Source: an uncultured Spirochaetota bacterium | Lineage (GTDB): Bacteria > Spirochaetota > Brevinematia > Brevinematales > JAOACQ01 | Direction: 5' to 3' | Assembly (NCBI GenBank): GCA_963768055.1 | Contig: CAVYGN010000001.1 | Location: 1,568,001 to 1,632,000 of the forward strand | DNA: 64,000 bases | In this document: one piece after another, positions 31,660 through 42,511 of the stretch | Position numbering within the stretch: the stretch's first letter is position 1 | How the letters are laid out: each line of letters begins with the position of its first letter | The notes under the pieces: generated by a model | The model's database searches: none | What the model saw: only the letters and a program-made list of their open reading frames with translations | Told to the model about the DNA's origin: nothing | Program-made: the position numbers and the translations under genes

Positions 31660-33771
31660 ATGATAAAATATAATATTGATTTTTTTAAAAAAATAAACAA
31701 TGAAGAAATATTGATCTCAGGATGGGCTTTTTCTTCAAATAATGAGCTTAAAATAACATCACCGGATCTGATAAGTATTGAAAAGAAGAATCGGCCGGAT
31801 GTAATTAACAGTTATAAAGATAAATTTGATAATATCGATATTGATTGCGGCTTTAATTTGACAATCAAATCCAAATCCGGGCGGGCGGTTTTTAAATTAA
31901 ACGACGGCGATGAGGAAATAATCTACAAAGCGGGCTTATTGAAAATAAAACTGGAAAATTTTAAAAAAAGCATATTGAAAATTCACGGTATTTTAAAAGT
32001 AATTTCCGGAAAAATTGATATAGTCAGCCTGAAATCATTTTTTAGTTATTTTGTTAAATTCGGCTTTAAAAAAAGCATAAAAAAAATTTTTAATTCCTTT
32101 AATAAATTTGACCGCCAGATATCATATTTTAAAAATAATCAGCCCGATAAAAATGAATTGATAAATCAGGCGAATTATAAATTCGACTATCGGCCCCTTA
32201 TCAGCATATTGGTTCCGGCTTATAATACTCCGGTAGTTTTCCTTAAACAATTGCTTGATTCGGTGATAAATCAAACCTATTCGAACTGGGAACTCTGCAT
32301 TGCCGACGGGAGCAGCAATGATGAAACCGTTAAATTTTTAAAAAATTCAGCCGATCTGCAAAAAAATATTAAAATTGTTTTCCTGGGATCGAATCTCGGC
32401 ATAGCGGGAAACACAAAAAAGGCGTTTGAAATTTCAAAAGGTGAATATATCGTTCTTCTCGACCACGATGATTATCTCTCGCCGGATGCATTATATGAAG
32501 TAGTAAAAACCGTTAATAAATACAGGGATGTCGATTTTCTTTACAGCGACCGTGTGATTTTCTCAAATGAAACAAATAAAATAATCGGATGCCATTACCT
32601 TCCCGCGTTCAGCCCGGATTTGTTAAGGGCTTACAATTACGCAAGTCATCTTAACGGATTTTCCAGATGGGTGATCGACAGGGCCGGTTTTGAAAGAGAG
32701 GGTTATGATGGAAGCCAGGACTATGATTTTGAACTTCGTGTCGTAGAATCTTCAAGAAGAATAGTGAACATACCCAGGGTTTTGTATTTCTGCCGGGCCA
32801 GCGAAGGTTCGGTGGCTTTTAATCCCGGAAGCAAGATGTATGCCTATGAAGCCGGACGAAAAGCGATTGGGGAGCATATTAATAGGATCGGGTATCCGGG
32901 TGAAGTCGAATTTCTAGAGGAAACATTTTCATATAAGATTAATTATATTATAAAGGACAATAAAAGAGTTTCTATTATAATACCGAATAAAGATCACGCG
33001 TCGGATCTGGAAAGATGTCTTAAATCGATTGTCGAGAAAACCTCTTATATGAATTTTGATATTAATGTGATCGAAAACAACAGTGAAACCGAAGGAATAT
33101 TCCCGAATTATGAGAGGATGAAAAAAGAATATAAAATAAATGTTTTAAATTATCCGGACAAAGGATTTAACTTTTCCGCAATCAATAATTGGGCGTCGGA
33201 TCGTGTCGAGGGAGATTATCTGGTGCTGCTGAACAATGATACTCAGGTAATTTCCGGAAACTGGCTGGAAGAAATGCTGATGTTCGCCCAGCGGGGCGAC
33301 ATAGGGGCCGTCGGCGCAAAGCTGTACTACCCCGATGATACTATTCAACACGCGGGCCTTGTTATCGGATTGGGCGGTTCGATCGCTTCGCATTATGATT
33401 ATAGAAAAAGCAGATATGAAGCCGGATATATGAACAGATTGCTTTTGCCTCAAAATTACACCGCGGTTACGGCGGCATGTCTGATGGTTAAAAAGGAAGA
33501 TTATAAAAAAGTGAACGGCCTTGATGAAGTGAACTTTAAAATAGGTTTAAATGACGTTGATTTTTGCCTGAAGTTAAGGGAAATCGGAAAAACAAACGTA
33601 TTGACGCCGTATGCCGAATTATATCACTTTGAAAGCGTTTCACGGGGATTGGATGAGACGGGGCCTAATGAGGAAAGATATAAAACGGAAAGAGATTATT
33701 TCCGGAAAAAATGGGAAAAATATTTTTTAAACGGCGACCCCTATGACAATCCCGGTATTCTGGCGGTATAA
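31660..33771 (+). CDS. Two-domain glycosyltransferase family 2
   Basis: ISILVPAYNT...WELCIADGS...LLDHDD and VSIIIPNKDH...FNFSAINN...LLNND...AVTAACL. Confidence 0.88.
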   Translation: MIKYNIDFFKKINNEEILISGWAFSSNNELKITSPDLISIEKKNRPDVINSYKDKFDNIDIDCGFNLTIKSKSGRAVFKLNDGDEEIIYKAGLLKIKLENFKKSILKIHGILKVISGKIDIVSLKSFFSYFVKFGFKKSIKKIFNSFNKFDRQISYFKNNQPDKNELINQANYKFDYRPLISILVPAYNTPVVFLKQLLDSVINQTYSNWELCIADGSSNDETVKFLKNSADLQKNIKIVFLGSNLGIAGNTKKAFEISKGEYIVLLDHDDYLSPDALYEVVKTVNKYRDVDFLYSDRVIFSNETNKIIGCHYLPAFSPDLLRAYNYASHLNGFSRWVIDRAGFEREGYDGSQDYDFELRVVESSRRIVNIPRVLYFCRASEGSVAFNPGSKMYAYEAGRKAIGEHINRIGYPGEVEFLEETFSYKINYIIKDNKRVSIIIPNKDHASDLERCLKSIVEKTSYMNFDINVIENNSETEGIFPNYERMKKEYKINVLNYPDKGFNFSAINNWASDRVEGDYLVLLNNDTQVISGNWLEEMLMFAQRGDIGAVGAKLYYPDDTIQHAGLVIGLGGSIASHYDYRKSRYEAGYMNRLLLPQNYTAVTAACLMVKKEDYKKVNGLDEVNFKIGLNDVDFCLKLREIGKTNVLTPYAELYHFESVSRGLDETGPNEERYKTERDYFRKKWEKYFLNGDPYDNPGILAV

Positions 33772-33780
33772 GAGGTATAA

Positions 33781-35016
33781 ATGACTTATTATTTTACAAG
33801 TATAACGGCAAGTTACATGGCCAAGGCGAGAGTTTTGTGCGAAACGCTTAAAAAATTCAATAAGGATGCAATTTTTGTTCTAAGCATAGCCGATTCTATT
33901 CCCGAATCCGTCGATTTAAAAAATGAATTATTCGACCATGTCATTATGGCCGATACGCTCGACAGTATAGGCAACAAAAACATCTTCTTTTTTAAACATA
34001 CCGTGACCGAATTATGCACCGCGCTCAAACCTTTTATTGCCCTGGAAATAATAAAACGTTTTAATGCAGGGAAAATAATTTATCTTGATCCCGATATAGC
34101 GGTGTTTTCAGAGTTAAGCGAACTTGAATCCATGCTTGATAAATACAGCATGATTTTTACTCCGCATCAGCTCCAGCCGGAGGATGAAGACCATTATATA
34201 AGGCACAATGAAATATTGTTTTTAAAACGCGGCACATACAATTTAGGCTTTTTTGCCGTTAAAGCCGACGGGGAAGGCGTCCGGTTCCTTAACTGGTGGA
34301 GCAGCCGTTTGCTTAATTATTGCTTTGACGACAATTACGAGCTTCTGGAAGCGCTTGAAAAAAAAGGGCTGCTCGGGATGTTTACGGACCAGAAATGGAT
34401 CGATCTGGTCCCGTCGTTTTTCGATAATTACCATATTTTAAAGGACCCTGGTTATAATGTCTGCACCTGGAACCTGACCAGAAGGGTTATAAAATTGACC
34501 GGAACCGGAGATTACCTCGTGGATGGAAAACCTTTGCGATTTTTTCATTTTTCCGGCTTCGATACCAAAGGCCATCATATTGAAATGCAGAAAATAATTA
34601 ACTATAGGCCGTTTAACAAAAACGCAATGTTATTGACAGATTGGTACGAAAAAGAGCTGGATAGTCATGGGCAAAAAGATTTTGAATCCATCGCCTGGGC
34701 TTACTCGAAATATTCCAACGGTTTAAAGATCGATCATAAAGACAGGAAAATATTGCATATAAGAAACGATCTTTATAATCACTTTGATAACCCGTTTGAA
34801 ATAACCAAGGGTTTTTGCTATTTTAAATGGGTAAGAAGGGGGGAATATTCACGATATTACAGGTTGAGAAAAAAGCTGCATCTCTTCAACAGTTTTAAGA
34901 ACACAGTTAAATTGCTGTTTCCTCCTTATACAAAAAGAAGGGATTGGGCCAAACACGTATATATAATATACTTAAAAATCAAAACCCGTTTTAAAAGAAA
35001 TCCCTGGAATATATGA
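33781..35016 (+). CDS. Putative GT-A glycosyltransferase (GT8-like)
   Basis: ELCTALKP, IYLDPDI, FTPH, YNLGF, DQKWIDL, GYNVCTWNL, FFHFSG. Confidence 0.7.
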   Translation: MTYYFTSITASYMAKARVLCETLKKFNKDAIFVLSIADSIPESVDLKNELFDHVIMADTLDSIGNKNIFFFKHTVTELCTALKPFIALEIIKRFNAGKIIYLDPDIAVFSELSELESMLDKYSMIFTPHQLQPEDEDHYIRHNEILFLKRGTYNLGFFAVKADGEGVRFLNWWSSRLLNYCFDDNYELLEALEKKGLLGMFTDQKWIDLVPSFFDNYHILKDPGYNVCTWNLTRRVIKLTGTGDYLVDGKPLRFFHFSGFDTKGHHIEMQKIINYRPFNKNAMLLTDWYEKELDSHGQKDFESIAWAYSKYSNGLKIDHKDRKILHIRNDLYNHFDNPFEITKGFCYFKWVRRGEYSRYYRLRKKLHLFNSFKNTVKLLFPPYTKRRDWAKHVYIIYLKIKTRFKRNPWNI

Positions 35017-35107
35017 CGTCAGTTCCAAAAACCCCCTGACCGTGTACTTTTAATAAAAAATACATTATAATAACGTTCAAAAAGCGAACCGGTGCAGGAG
35101 TTGTAAA

Positions 35108-35674
35108 ATGCCCTTTTTAGGTACAGACATTCCCGATGTTTTGATATATGAACCGAAAGTCAGCGAGGACGGAAGGGGATATTTTTTCGAAAGTTATAAC
35201 CGCCGCGTTTTCGAAGAAGCGGGGATAAAAAATGAGTTTGTTCAGGACAACCAGTCTTTATCAGGCTTTGGAGTTATCCGGGGGCTTCATTATCAATTGA
35301 ACCCGCATGCACAGGCGAAAATAGTAAGGGTCCTTACCGGGACCGTACTGGATGTTGCCGTCGATATACGCAAAGGTTCGCCCTATTTCGGCCAATGCGT
35401 GTCGGTGGAATTGTCCGGAGAAAACAGGCGCCAGTTATATATACCGCGGGGTTTCGCCCATGGATTCGCGGTTTTGAGCAAAACAGCCGAATTCTTTTAC
35501 AAGTGCGATAATTACTATAATCCGTCTCATGAGGCTGGAATTAATTACAAAGACCCGGAACTCGATATCGATTGGAAAATCGATCCTTCTTTAATCGTAA
35601 TTTCTAAAAAAGACTCGGACCTGCCTCTCCTGGCTGATGCTATGAATAACTTTATCTACGGAGAGGGCCTATGA
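35108..35674 (+). CDS. rfbC: dTDP-4-dehydrorhamnose 3,5-epimerase
   Basis: DGRGYFFES, QDNQS, RGLHYQ, DVAVDIR, GFAHGF, YKCD. Confidence 0.95.
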   Translation: MPFLGTDIPDVLIYEPKVSEDGRGYFFESYNRRVFEEAGIKNEFVQDNQSLSGFGVIRGLHYQLNPHAQAKIVRVLTGTVLDVAVDIRKGSPYFGQCVSVELSGENRRQLYIPRGFAHGFAVLSKTAEFFYKCDNYYNPSHEAGINYKDPELDIDWKIDPSLIVISKKDSDLPLLADAMNNFIYGEGL

Positions 35675-36525
35675 CCGTTCTTGTGACGGGTGCTAACGGG
35701 CAGCTCGGCAGCGAGATCAGGAAACTTTCTGAAAATCTGACAGGCGTTTCTTTTATTTATACGGATGTTGATAACCTCGATATAACGGACCCGTTGTTCC
35801 TCGACTCGTATTTTAAAAAGATACAAGCCGGCATTGTAATAAACTGCGCCGCGTACACGGCGGTGGACAGGGCGGAAACCGAAAAAAAAGCCGCCCATGC
35901 TATAAATTCTCAGTCTTGCGCATACCTGGCCCGCTTATCGGTAAAATATGGCTTCAGGCTGCTGCATATATCGACAGATTTTGTTTTCGACGGCAAAAAA
36001 TCCACCCCGTATATTGAAACCGATAAACCGCATCCCGTTTCGGTTTACGGCCGGACCAAGCTCGAGGGTGAAAAACACATAATATCCGCGGGCGGCAGTT
36101 ATATAATTATAAGAACATCCTGGCTATATTCTTCCATGGGAAATAATTTTGTAAAAACCATCCTGAAGGCGTCCCGTGAAAGGGAAGAGCTCAGGGTTGT
36201 CTACGACCAGACAGGCGGGCCCACATATGCCCGCGATCTCGCGTCGGCGATACTGCAGATACTTCCGGATTTCAAGGCCGGCACAAGGGAAATTTATCAT
36301 TACTCCAACGAGGGCGCCGCATCGTGGTTTGATTTCGCAAAAGCAATTTGCGAATTCGCCCTCGTCAAAACTCCGATCGCCCCGATCCTGACCCGTGATT
36401 ATCCTGCCCCGGCGCGCAGGCCCTCATACAGCGTTTTATCCAAGGAAAAGATAAAACGGGAATACGGGCTGAAAATCCCTTACTGGCGTGATTCCGTTAA
36501 AGACTGCATTAACCTTTTAACGTGA
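35671..36525 (+). CDS. rfbD: dTDP-4-dehydrorhamnose reductase
   Basis: TGANGQLG, AAYTAVD, HISTDFVFDG, YGRTK. Confidence 0.95.
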   Translation: MTVLVTGANGQLGSEIRKLSENLTGVSFIYTDVDNLDITDPLFLDSYFKKIQAGIVINCAAYTAVDRAETEKKAAHAINSQSCAYLARLSVKYGFRLLHISTDFVFDGKKSTPYIETDKPHPVSVYGRTKLEGEKHIISAGGSYIIIRTSWLYSSMGNNFVKTILKASREREELRVVYDQTGGPTYARDLASAILQILPDFKAGTREIYHYSNEGAASWFDFAKAICEFALVKTPIAPILTRDYPAPARRPSYSVLSKEKIKREYGLKIPYWRDSVKDCINLLT

Positions 36526-36534
36526 GGGCAGTTT

Positions 36535-37563
36535 ATGGCAAAATCGAAAAGTTTGAAAACCATACTTATAACAGGCGGAGCCGGATTTATAGGATCAAAT
36601 TTCATTCCCTACTTTCTTGAAAAATACCCGGGATACTTTATCATAAATCTCGATAAGCTTACATACGCCGGAAATCCCGTCAATTTAAAAGAGGTTTCCG
36701 GCAACCCCCGCTACCGATTTGTAAAGGGGGATATCCGCGACAGGAACCTTCTTGACTCCCTTTTTAAAACTTCCGACATAAGAGGGGTTATACATTTCGC
36801 GGCCGAGTCGCATGTCGATAATTCGATCGCCCGCCCGGCCGAATTCATACTGACTAACGTAATGGGGACTTTCAACCTGCTGGAAGCCGCCCGGAATAAC
36901 TGGATGCACAGGCCCTTTTTATATAAGGAAGAATATGCGGGCTGCAGATTCCACCATATTTCGACCGACGAGGTTTACGGAAGCCTGGGTGAAACGGGCT
37001 TATTTACCGAATCGACTCCTTATGCCCCGAATTCCCCGTACAGCGCATCGAAAGCCTCAAGCGATATGCTTGTCAGGGCTTACAACCGGACGTACGGCCT
37101 GGATACGGTCACGACCAATTGTTCCAACAATTACGGCCCCAAGCAGCACATGGAAAAACTTATTCCGACGATTATCAGGAAGGCTTTATTCGGCGCATCC
37201 ATCCCGATTTACGGAGACGGCAAAAATATAAGGGACTGGCTTTATGTCGGGGATCATTGCACCGGAATAGACCTGGCTTTCCATAAGGGCGAACCGGGCG
37301 GGACTTACAACATCGGCGGGCATAACGAAATGACAAATATAGAAATCGCGCTTAAGGTTTGCTCGATCATGGATTCGGAAAAGCCGGCTGGAGACGGAAA
37401 ACCCCGCCGTGAACTTATCTCATATGTCGAAGACCGGGCGGGCCATGACCGGAGATACGCTATTGACGCAAGCAAAATCGAAAACGAATTGGGGTGGAGA
37501 GCAGCGGAAAATTTCAATTCGGGAATCGTTAAAACCGTAAAATGGTATCTTGATAACATTTAA
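36535..37563 (+). CDS. rfbB: dTDP-glucose 4,6-dehydratase
   Basis: TGGAGFIGS, DKLTYAG, AAESHVD, STDEVYG, YSASK, CSNNYGP. Confidence 0.95.
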   Translation: MAKSKSLKTILITGGAGFIGSNFIPYFLEKYPGYFIINLDKLTYAGNPVNLKEVSGNPRYRFVKGDIRDRNLLDSLFKTSDIRGVIHFAAESHVDNSIARPAEFILTNVMGTFNLLEAARNNWMHRPFLYKEEYAGCRFHHISTDEVYGSLGETGLFTESTPYAPNSPYSASKASSDMLVRAYNRTYGLDTVTTNCSNNYGPKQHMEKLIPTIIRKALFGASIPIYGDGKNIRDWLYVGDHCTGIDLAFHKGEPGGTYNIGGHNEMTNIEIALKVCSIMDSEKPAGDGKPRRELISYVEDRAGHDRRYAIDASKIENELGWRAAENFNSGIVKTVKWYLDNI

Positions 37564-37564
37564 A

Positions 37565-39361
37565 TTACCAGGGCTTGAATATGATCCCCCGTTCAAACAT
37601 CAATTCCCTTATTTTATCGACTCCGGTTTCGGTTTCAGCGGTAAGCAGCACCAGATCCGTAGCAATATCCGTATCCGGTTCACCGACCCAGATAATATGT
37701 ATAAGATTTTCATCAAGCACTGTTTTCATGATATCCAGATCGTCCTGCGTCAGCCCGACTGCCGTTATCACGAGTATGATCCCCGCATCCATCATAAGAA
37801 AGGCGACTTCAGCGAGCCGGCGAATGTGCTCTTCCCGGTATTTTTTATGGTCGTGGTTGAGATCCGCATCGACGCCGTAAAGAATATTGCCGATGCCGAG
37901 GAAATATATGAATTTCCCTTCCTGGAACAAGATTTCCTCAAGCCTCTTGGCCAGTTTTTTTTTGCCGACGTCTTTATCCCCGGTGATCACCAGCAATGCG
38001 GATTTCTGGCTGTACCGTTCAGCTCTCTGTACTGAAGGTATGGCGCTCTTTTCCCATTTGTAATTGCGGAGTATTACTTTTTCCCGGACTTCGCTCTGCT
38101 CGTCAGGCAGGCTTTCACGGACTATGCCGCCGCCGGAAATTTCATATGCCTCGACAATAACGAATCTCCCCGTTTCAGGAATATCATTATTCAGGTCGAA
38201 TGCTATAGGCGTTCTCAGGCGGATAATGCATTCCCCCACATCATTCCGGTTGACTTTTTCGGCATTTTCAACGAATGAAAGCGTGGAAGCGTCGATCAGG
38301 CGGGGTATCGACTCGATGCGGCATGGCACTTTCGCCGTCCCCAGCTTGAACAGGTATTCCTTGTTTTTCTCAAGCGGATTTCTTCCCAGCCAGAAGAGAT
38401 TTACTCGCAAGCGCATAGAGACCAGGGGTTTTACCTCGCGGATTTTCGCAATAATTTCACCCCGGGTTACATAAATTTGTTCATCCATTGTAAAACCCGC
38501 TGCATAGCCTGCTTCCAATCCCGCTATACTGGAGCTGCCGGATGCTTCAATGGATTTTATCCTGTTTTTCTTTCCGGACGGATAAAAAACAATTTCATCC
38601 CCTGTCTGTATGCTTCCGGTCTCGATCGTTCCCGCCACGATTCTGCGATTATCTCCGTATTTCGTGAATTTATAGACATCCTGGACCGGCATCCGGAAAG
38701 GCTTGTTTGACCTGTCCTTTTCATTTTGAAAGGAATCCAGAGAATTAAGCAATGTAAGGCCCTCATACCAGGGCATATTAAATCCGGCTGACGCGATATT
38801 ATCGCCGCAAAAACCGCTGACCGGAATAAAGGAATTTGGCCGGATCGATATGCTTTTTAAAAATTCCGAAAATTCTCTTTCAATTTCCCCGAATTTATCC
38901 CGGCTGTAGCCGGCAAGATCCATTTTGTTGACAAGGACGATAACCTGGCGGATGCCGAGCATTGATAAAAGATATCCATGCCTCCTGGAATTTTCTTTAA
39001 TTCCTTCCGCGGCATCGATTACGAGAAGCGCCGCTTCGGCCCTTGAAGCGCCGGTGACCATATTCTTTAAAAATTCGATATGGCCCGGGGCATCGAGAAT
39101 TATATAATTTCTTTTTTCTGTTTTAAAAAAAACACGCGCAGTATCTATGGTTATCCCCTGCGCCTGCTCGTCTTTCAAAGCATCGATCAAAAAAGCGTAT
39201 TCAAACGGTTTTGAATTTCTCTCGCAGTTTGCCCGGACCTGTTCGAGCTTTCCCTGCGGAAGCGAATGAGTGTCCGCCAGAAGTCGGCCGACAATGGTGC
39301 TTTTTCCATGGTCGACATGACCGACGATCACAATATTCATGTTTTCTTTTTCATCTGTCAT
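37565..39361 (-). CDS. cysN: Sulfate adenylyltransferase subunit 1 with a degenerate C-terminal APS-kinase domain
   Basis: [25 protein letters not shown]-terminal [12 protein letters not shown]...DAG. Confidence 0.88.
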   Translation of the reverse strand: MTDEKENMNIVIVGHVDHGKSTIVGRLLADTHSLPQGKLEQVRANCERNSKPFEYAFLIDALKDEQAQGITIDTARVFFKTEKRNYIILDAPGHIEFLKNMVTGASRAEAALLVIDAAEGIKENSRRHGYLLSMLGIRQVIVLVNKMDLAGYSRDKFGEIEREFSEFLKSISIRPNSFIPVSGFCGDNIASAGFNMPWYEGLTLLNSLDSFQNEKDRSNKPFRMPVQDVYKFTKYGDNRRIVAGTIETGSIQTGDEIVFYPSGKKNRIKSIEASGSSSIAGLEAGYAAGFTMDEQIYVTRGEIIAKIREVKPLVSMRLRVNLFWLGRNPLEKNKEYLFKLGTAKVPCRIESIPRLIDASTLSFVENAEKVNRNDVGECIIRLRTPIAFDLNNDIPETGRFVIVEAYEISGGGIVRESLPDEQSEVREKVILRNYKWEKSAIPSVQRAERYSQKSALLVITGDKDVGKKKLAKRLEEILFQEGKFIYFLGIGNILYGVDADLNHDHKKYREEHIRRLAEVAFLMMDAGIILVITAVGLTQDDLDIMKTVLDENLIHIIWVGEPDTDIATDLVLLTAETETGVDKIRELMFERGIIFKPW

Positions 39362-39378
39362 TATAGATCTCCTGATCC

Positions 39379-40260
39379 TTACATGTAGCCGTCTCGCCTC
39401 AGCGTCTCGAGGCCGCCGCAGTCATCCCTGTCCTGGGCGCGTCCCGAACGTTCGGCAATATCGGCAAACTTCCCGGTTTTTAATTCGGCAATAATTTCAG
39501 CCGGATTCCTTGCATCCGAATCGACCGGAAAAGTGCAGGGATAGCAGCCGAGCGAACGGTAGCGTTTTCCTTCCCCCTGGTTATAATAGAGTGAAACCGT
39601 TGGTATTTTTTCCCTTTCGATGTATTCCCAGATATTGACCTCCGTCCAATCCAATAAAGGATGAATTCGAAGGTGCGTTCCCGGGGCAAAGTCCGTCTTG
39701 AACTGGTTCCAGAATTCGGGGGGCTGGTCCCCGATCTTCCAGATATTTTCCTTATCGCGGGGTGAAAAATAACGTTCTTTCGACCGGGATCCTTCCTCAT
39801 CGGCCCGCACACCGACAATTACTCCCGTAAAAGCCCCCGAACCTTTTTCCAGGTCGTACCGCCCTGTCTGCAGGTTCAGCCTGTAGCGTTTCCCGCTTCC
39901 ATTGAGAGTATTCCGGAGGGCTGCCGTTTTAAGATTACTGCAGCAGGTGATCCTGTCGACATTTCCGTCGGGAAAGGTTTCTTTTTTCATCAGGGCTTCT
40001 TCATTTTTACCGAAAATCATTGTGAGCCGGTATTCCATTGCCAATCTATCGCGGTATGCGATCATTTCAGGGATTTTATAAGTCGTGTCGATATGAACAA
40101 GGGGAAACGGCACATGCCCGAAAAACGCTTTCCTTGTAAGCCATAAAAGCGTTGTGCTGTCTTTACCGATAGACCAGAGCATGCAGAGATTCTTAAAATT
40201 CGCATAGGCTTCCCGGATAATATGTATGCTTAAATTTTCCAATTTATCCAGATGATTCAT
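39379..40260 (-). CDS. cysD: Sulfate adenylyltransferase subunit 2
   Basis: [42 protein letters not shown]. Confidence 0.92.
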   Translation of the reverse strand: MNHLDKLENLSIHIIREAYANFKNLCMLWSIGKDSTTLLWLTRKAFFGHVPFPLVHIDTTYKIPEMIAYRDRLAMEYRLTMIFGKNEEALMKKETFPDGNVDRITCCSNLKTAALRNTLNGSGKRYRLNLQTGRYDLEKGSGAFTGVIVGVRADEEGSRSKERYFSPRDKENIWKIGDQPPEFWNQFKTDFAPGTHLRIHPLLDWTEVNIWEYIEREKIPTVSLYYNQGEGKRYRSLGCYPCTFPVDSDARNPAEIIAELKTGKFADIAERSGRAQDRDDCGGLETLRRDGYM

Positions 40261-40881
40261 TCATGGCTCCTGTTTTTCCATAAAACTTAAAAAATGATTT
40301 TTTTCAAGATAACTAAAAATCAAATCCGACGCGTTTTCCGGCGTTTCGCTGCCCGAATCTATGATGATCTCGGGTTTTTTGGGTTCTTCATATGGGTCTG
40401 TAATTCCTGTGAAATTTTTGAGCTCGCCTTTCCTCGCTTTTTTATACAACCCTTTAGGGTCCCTCGATTCGCAAATATCGAGTGAACATTTTACATAGAT
40501 TTCAATAAATTCGCCATTTTCGACCAGTTTTCTCACTTTATCGCGGTCTTCCCGGTAAGGGGAAATAAAAGCGGTTATTACTATTATACCGGCGTCGATA
40601 AAAAGTTTCGACACTTCGCCGATCCGCCTGATATTTTCTTCGCGGTTTAACTGATCGAAGCCCAGGTCCCGGTTTAGCCCGCACCGGATGTTGTCTCCGT
40701 CGAGGAGATATGTATGGATTCCGCGTTTGTACAATTTCCGGTCTAAAAACCGGGCTATAGTCGACTTGCCGCTGGCGGACAGGCCGGTAAACCATATGAT
40801 CGCGGAAGAATGGCCGTTCAGCCTGCGTCTCTCTTCTTTCACAACGGATAACTGATAAGGATATAAATTGTTTTCAGACAT
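40261..40881 (-). CDS. cysC: Adenylyl-sulfate (APS) kinase
   Basis: WFTGLSASGKST, LDGDNIR, FISPYR, RDPKGLY, FTGITDPYE. Confidence 0.95.
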   Translation of the reverse strand: MSENNLYPYQLSVVKEERRRLNGHSSAIIWFTGLSASGKSTIARFLDRKLYKRGIHTYLLDGDNIRCGLNRDLGFDQLNREENIRRIGEVSKLFIDAGIIVITAFISPYREDRDKVRKLVENGEFIEIYVKCSLDICESRDPKGLYKKARKGELKNFTGITDPYEEPKKPEIIIDSGSETPENASDLIFSYLEKNHFLSFMEKQEP

Positions 40882-40882
40882 T

Positions 40883-41647
40883 TCAGCTTATCACTCCTTT
40901 AATATACTCTTTTGTCAATTCCTGTTTCGGGTTCTCGAAAATCTGCCCGGCTGTACCGGATTCCACAAGCTCGCCCATATACATAAAGATGACATGATCC
41001 GCTATTCTTTTTGCCTGCCTCAAAATATGTGTTACGAATACAACGGTGTAGTTTTCTTTCAATTTAAGGAGGGTTTGTTCGATATAACGGCTTGAAAAAG
41101 GGTCCAGAGATGATGTGGGTTCGTCCCCCAGAATAATTTCGGGTTCTACGGCAAGACCCCTGGCCAGGCAAAGCCTCTGCTGCTGGCCCAGAGAAAGTCT
41201 TGACGCGGGTGAGTGGAGCCTTTCTTTTACCTCTTCCCAGAGATTTACCATTCTCAGATATTTTTCAACTATTCCATTAACGGATTTTCTGCCTCTCAAG
41301 CCATGGATTCTCGGGCCGTAGGCTATATTATCAAATATCGACATCGGCAATGGCGAGGGTTTTTGAAGTAAAAGTCCCATTTTTTTCCTGATCCCGGTAA
41401 CATCCGCATGGGGGTCAAGAACATTTTCACCGTCGACAATGATTTCCCCGTTTATTGTAACATTTTCTTCCAGATCGATCAAACGGTTAAATGATTTAAG
41501 CAGGGTGGATTTACCGCAGCCGGAAGGACCGATGATCACTGTCACCTTCTTATCCGGAATAACGAGAGATATGTCTTTCAACGCTTCAATTTTGCCGAAT
41601 TTAACGTTCAAATGGTTTACTATAATATGGGATCGATTTTCAGTCAT
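40883..41647 (-). CDS. pstB: PstB-family ABC ATPase
   Basis: GPSGCGKST, SIFDNIAYGPR, LSLGQQQRLCLAR, DEPTSSLDP. Confidence 0.85.
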   Translation of the reverse strand: MTENRSHIIVNHLNVKFGKIEALKDISLVIPDKKVTVIIGPSGCGKSTLLKSFNRLIDLEENVTINGEIIVDGENVLDPHADVTGIRKKMGLLLQKPSPLPMSIFDNIAYGPRIHGLRGRKSVNGIVEKYLRMVNLWEEVKERLHSPASRLSLGQQQRLCLARGLAVEPEIILGDEPTSSLDPFSSRYIEQTLLKLKENYTVVFVTHILRQAKRIADHVIFMYMGELVESGTAGQIFENPKQELTKEYIKGVIS

Positions 41648-41659
41648 ATACTCCGCACC

Positions 41660-42511
41660 TTATTTGATCGTATTTTTAGCCAATTTCAAATTTAGAATTC
41701 GTATAATTACATTGATAATAAATATAAAAACGGTAAGTATTAAAGCGGCTGAATAAGCCCTGTTCTGAACCTCCGGGTATGGCGTCCCCAATTGGAAAAA
41801 TATTGCAAGCGGCAGGGTGGCGGCAGGCGAAAAAAGGGAATCCGGAATGTTATCCGTAAATCCGGCCGTATATAAAACTGAAGCTGCGTCTCCCACTCCC
41901 CTTCCGAAAGCGATTATTATAGCTGTAAGCAGCCCCGGCAAAGCCTGCCTTATAACAACCCTGAAAGCCGTTTCGAACCGGGTCGCGCCCAGGGCGAAGG
42001 ATGCACAGGTTAATTCCTTTGAAACAAGGGCAACGACTTCATCAAGCATCCTGGCGAGGATAGGCAGGACTAAAAGAGCTACGGTTACTATTCCTCCCAG
42101 AAGGGAGACTTTCAAACCCAGATAAAGCATTAAAGAAAATCCGAAAGCCCCGTAAACAATGGATGGAATACCCCATAAAACATCGAAGCAAAAGCGGGTT
42201 ATTTGAACAAGCAATGAATTTTTTTTTGCGAAAATATGGAGGTAAAGGATTATAGGCAGGGAAATCAGCAATCCAAGAATTACTCCACCCAATCCGATAT
42301 AAGCCGATCCTATTATCGCATTTAAAATCCCGCCCTTCCTGCCGGTATAAAAGCCTCCCTGCGGTGTTTTAAGGATCATATCCCAGTTAAAACCCTTGAT
42401 CCCTTTTGACAGTATTGTAAAAAGGATCATGCAGAGAAGTGCAAGAATGATAAAAGAACAAAACCGCATTAAAAAAACAAAAATCCTTTCTTCCAATTTT
42501 CTCATGTTCAT
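41660..42511 (-). CDS. pstA: PstA-family ABC permease
   Basis: GGILNAIIGS, GIPSIVYG, ALGATR, ATLPL. Confidence 0.85.
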   Translation of the reverse strand: MNMRKLEERIFVFLMRFCSFIILALLCMILFTILSKGIKGFNWDMILKTPQGGFYTGRKGGILNAIIGSAYIGLGGVILGLLISLPIILYLHIFAKKNSLLVQITRFCFDVLWGIPSIVYGAFGFSLMLYLGLKVSLLGGIVTVALLVLPILARMLDEVVALVSKELTCASFALGATRFETAFRVVIRQALPGLLTAIIIAFGRGVGDAASVLYTAGFTDNIPDSLFSPAATLPLAIFFQLGTPYPEVQNRAYSAALILTVFIFIINVIIRILNLKLAKNTIK

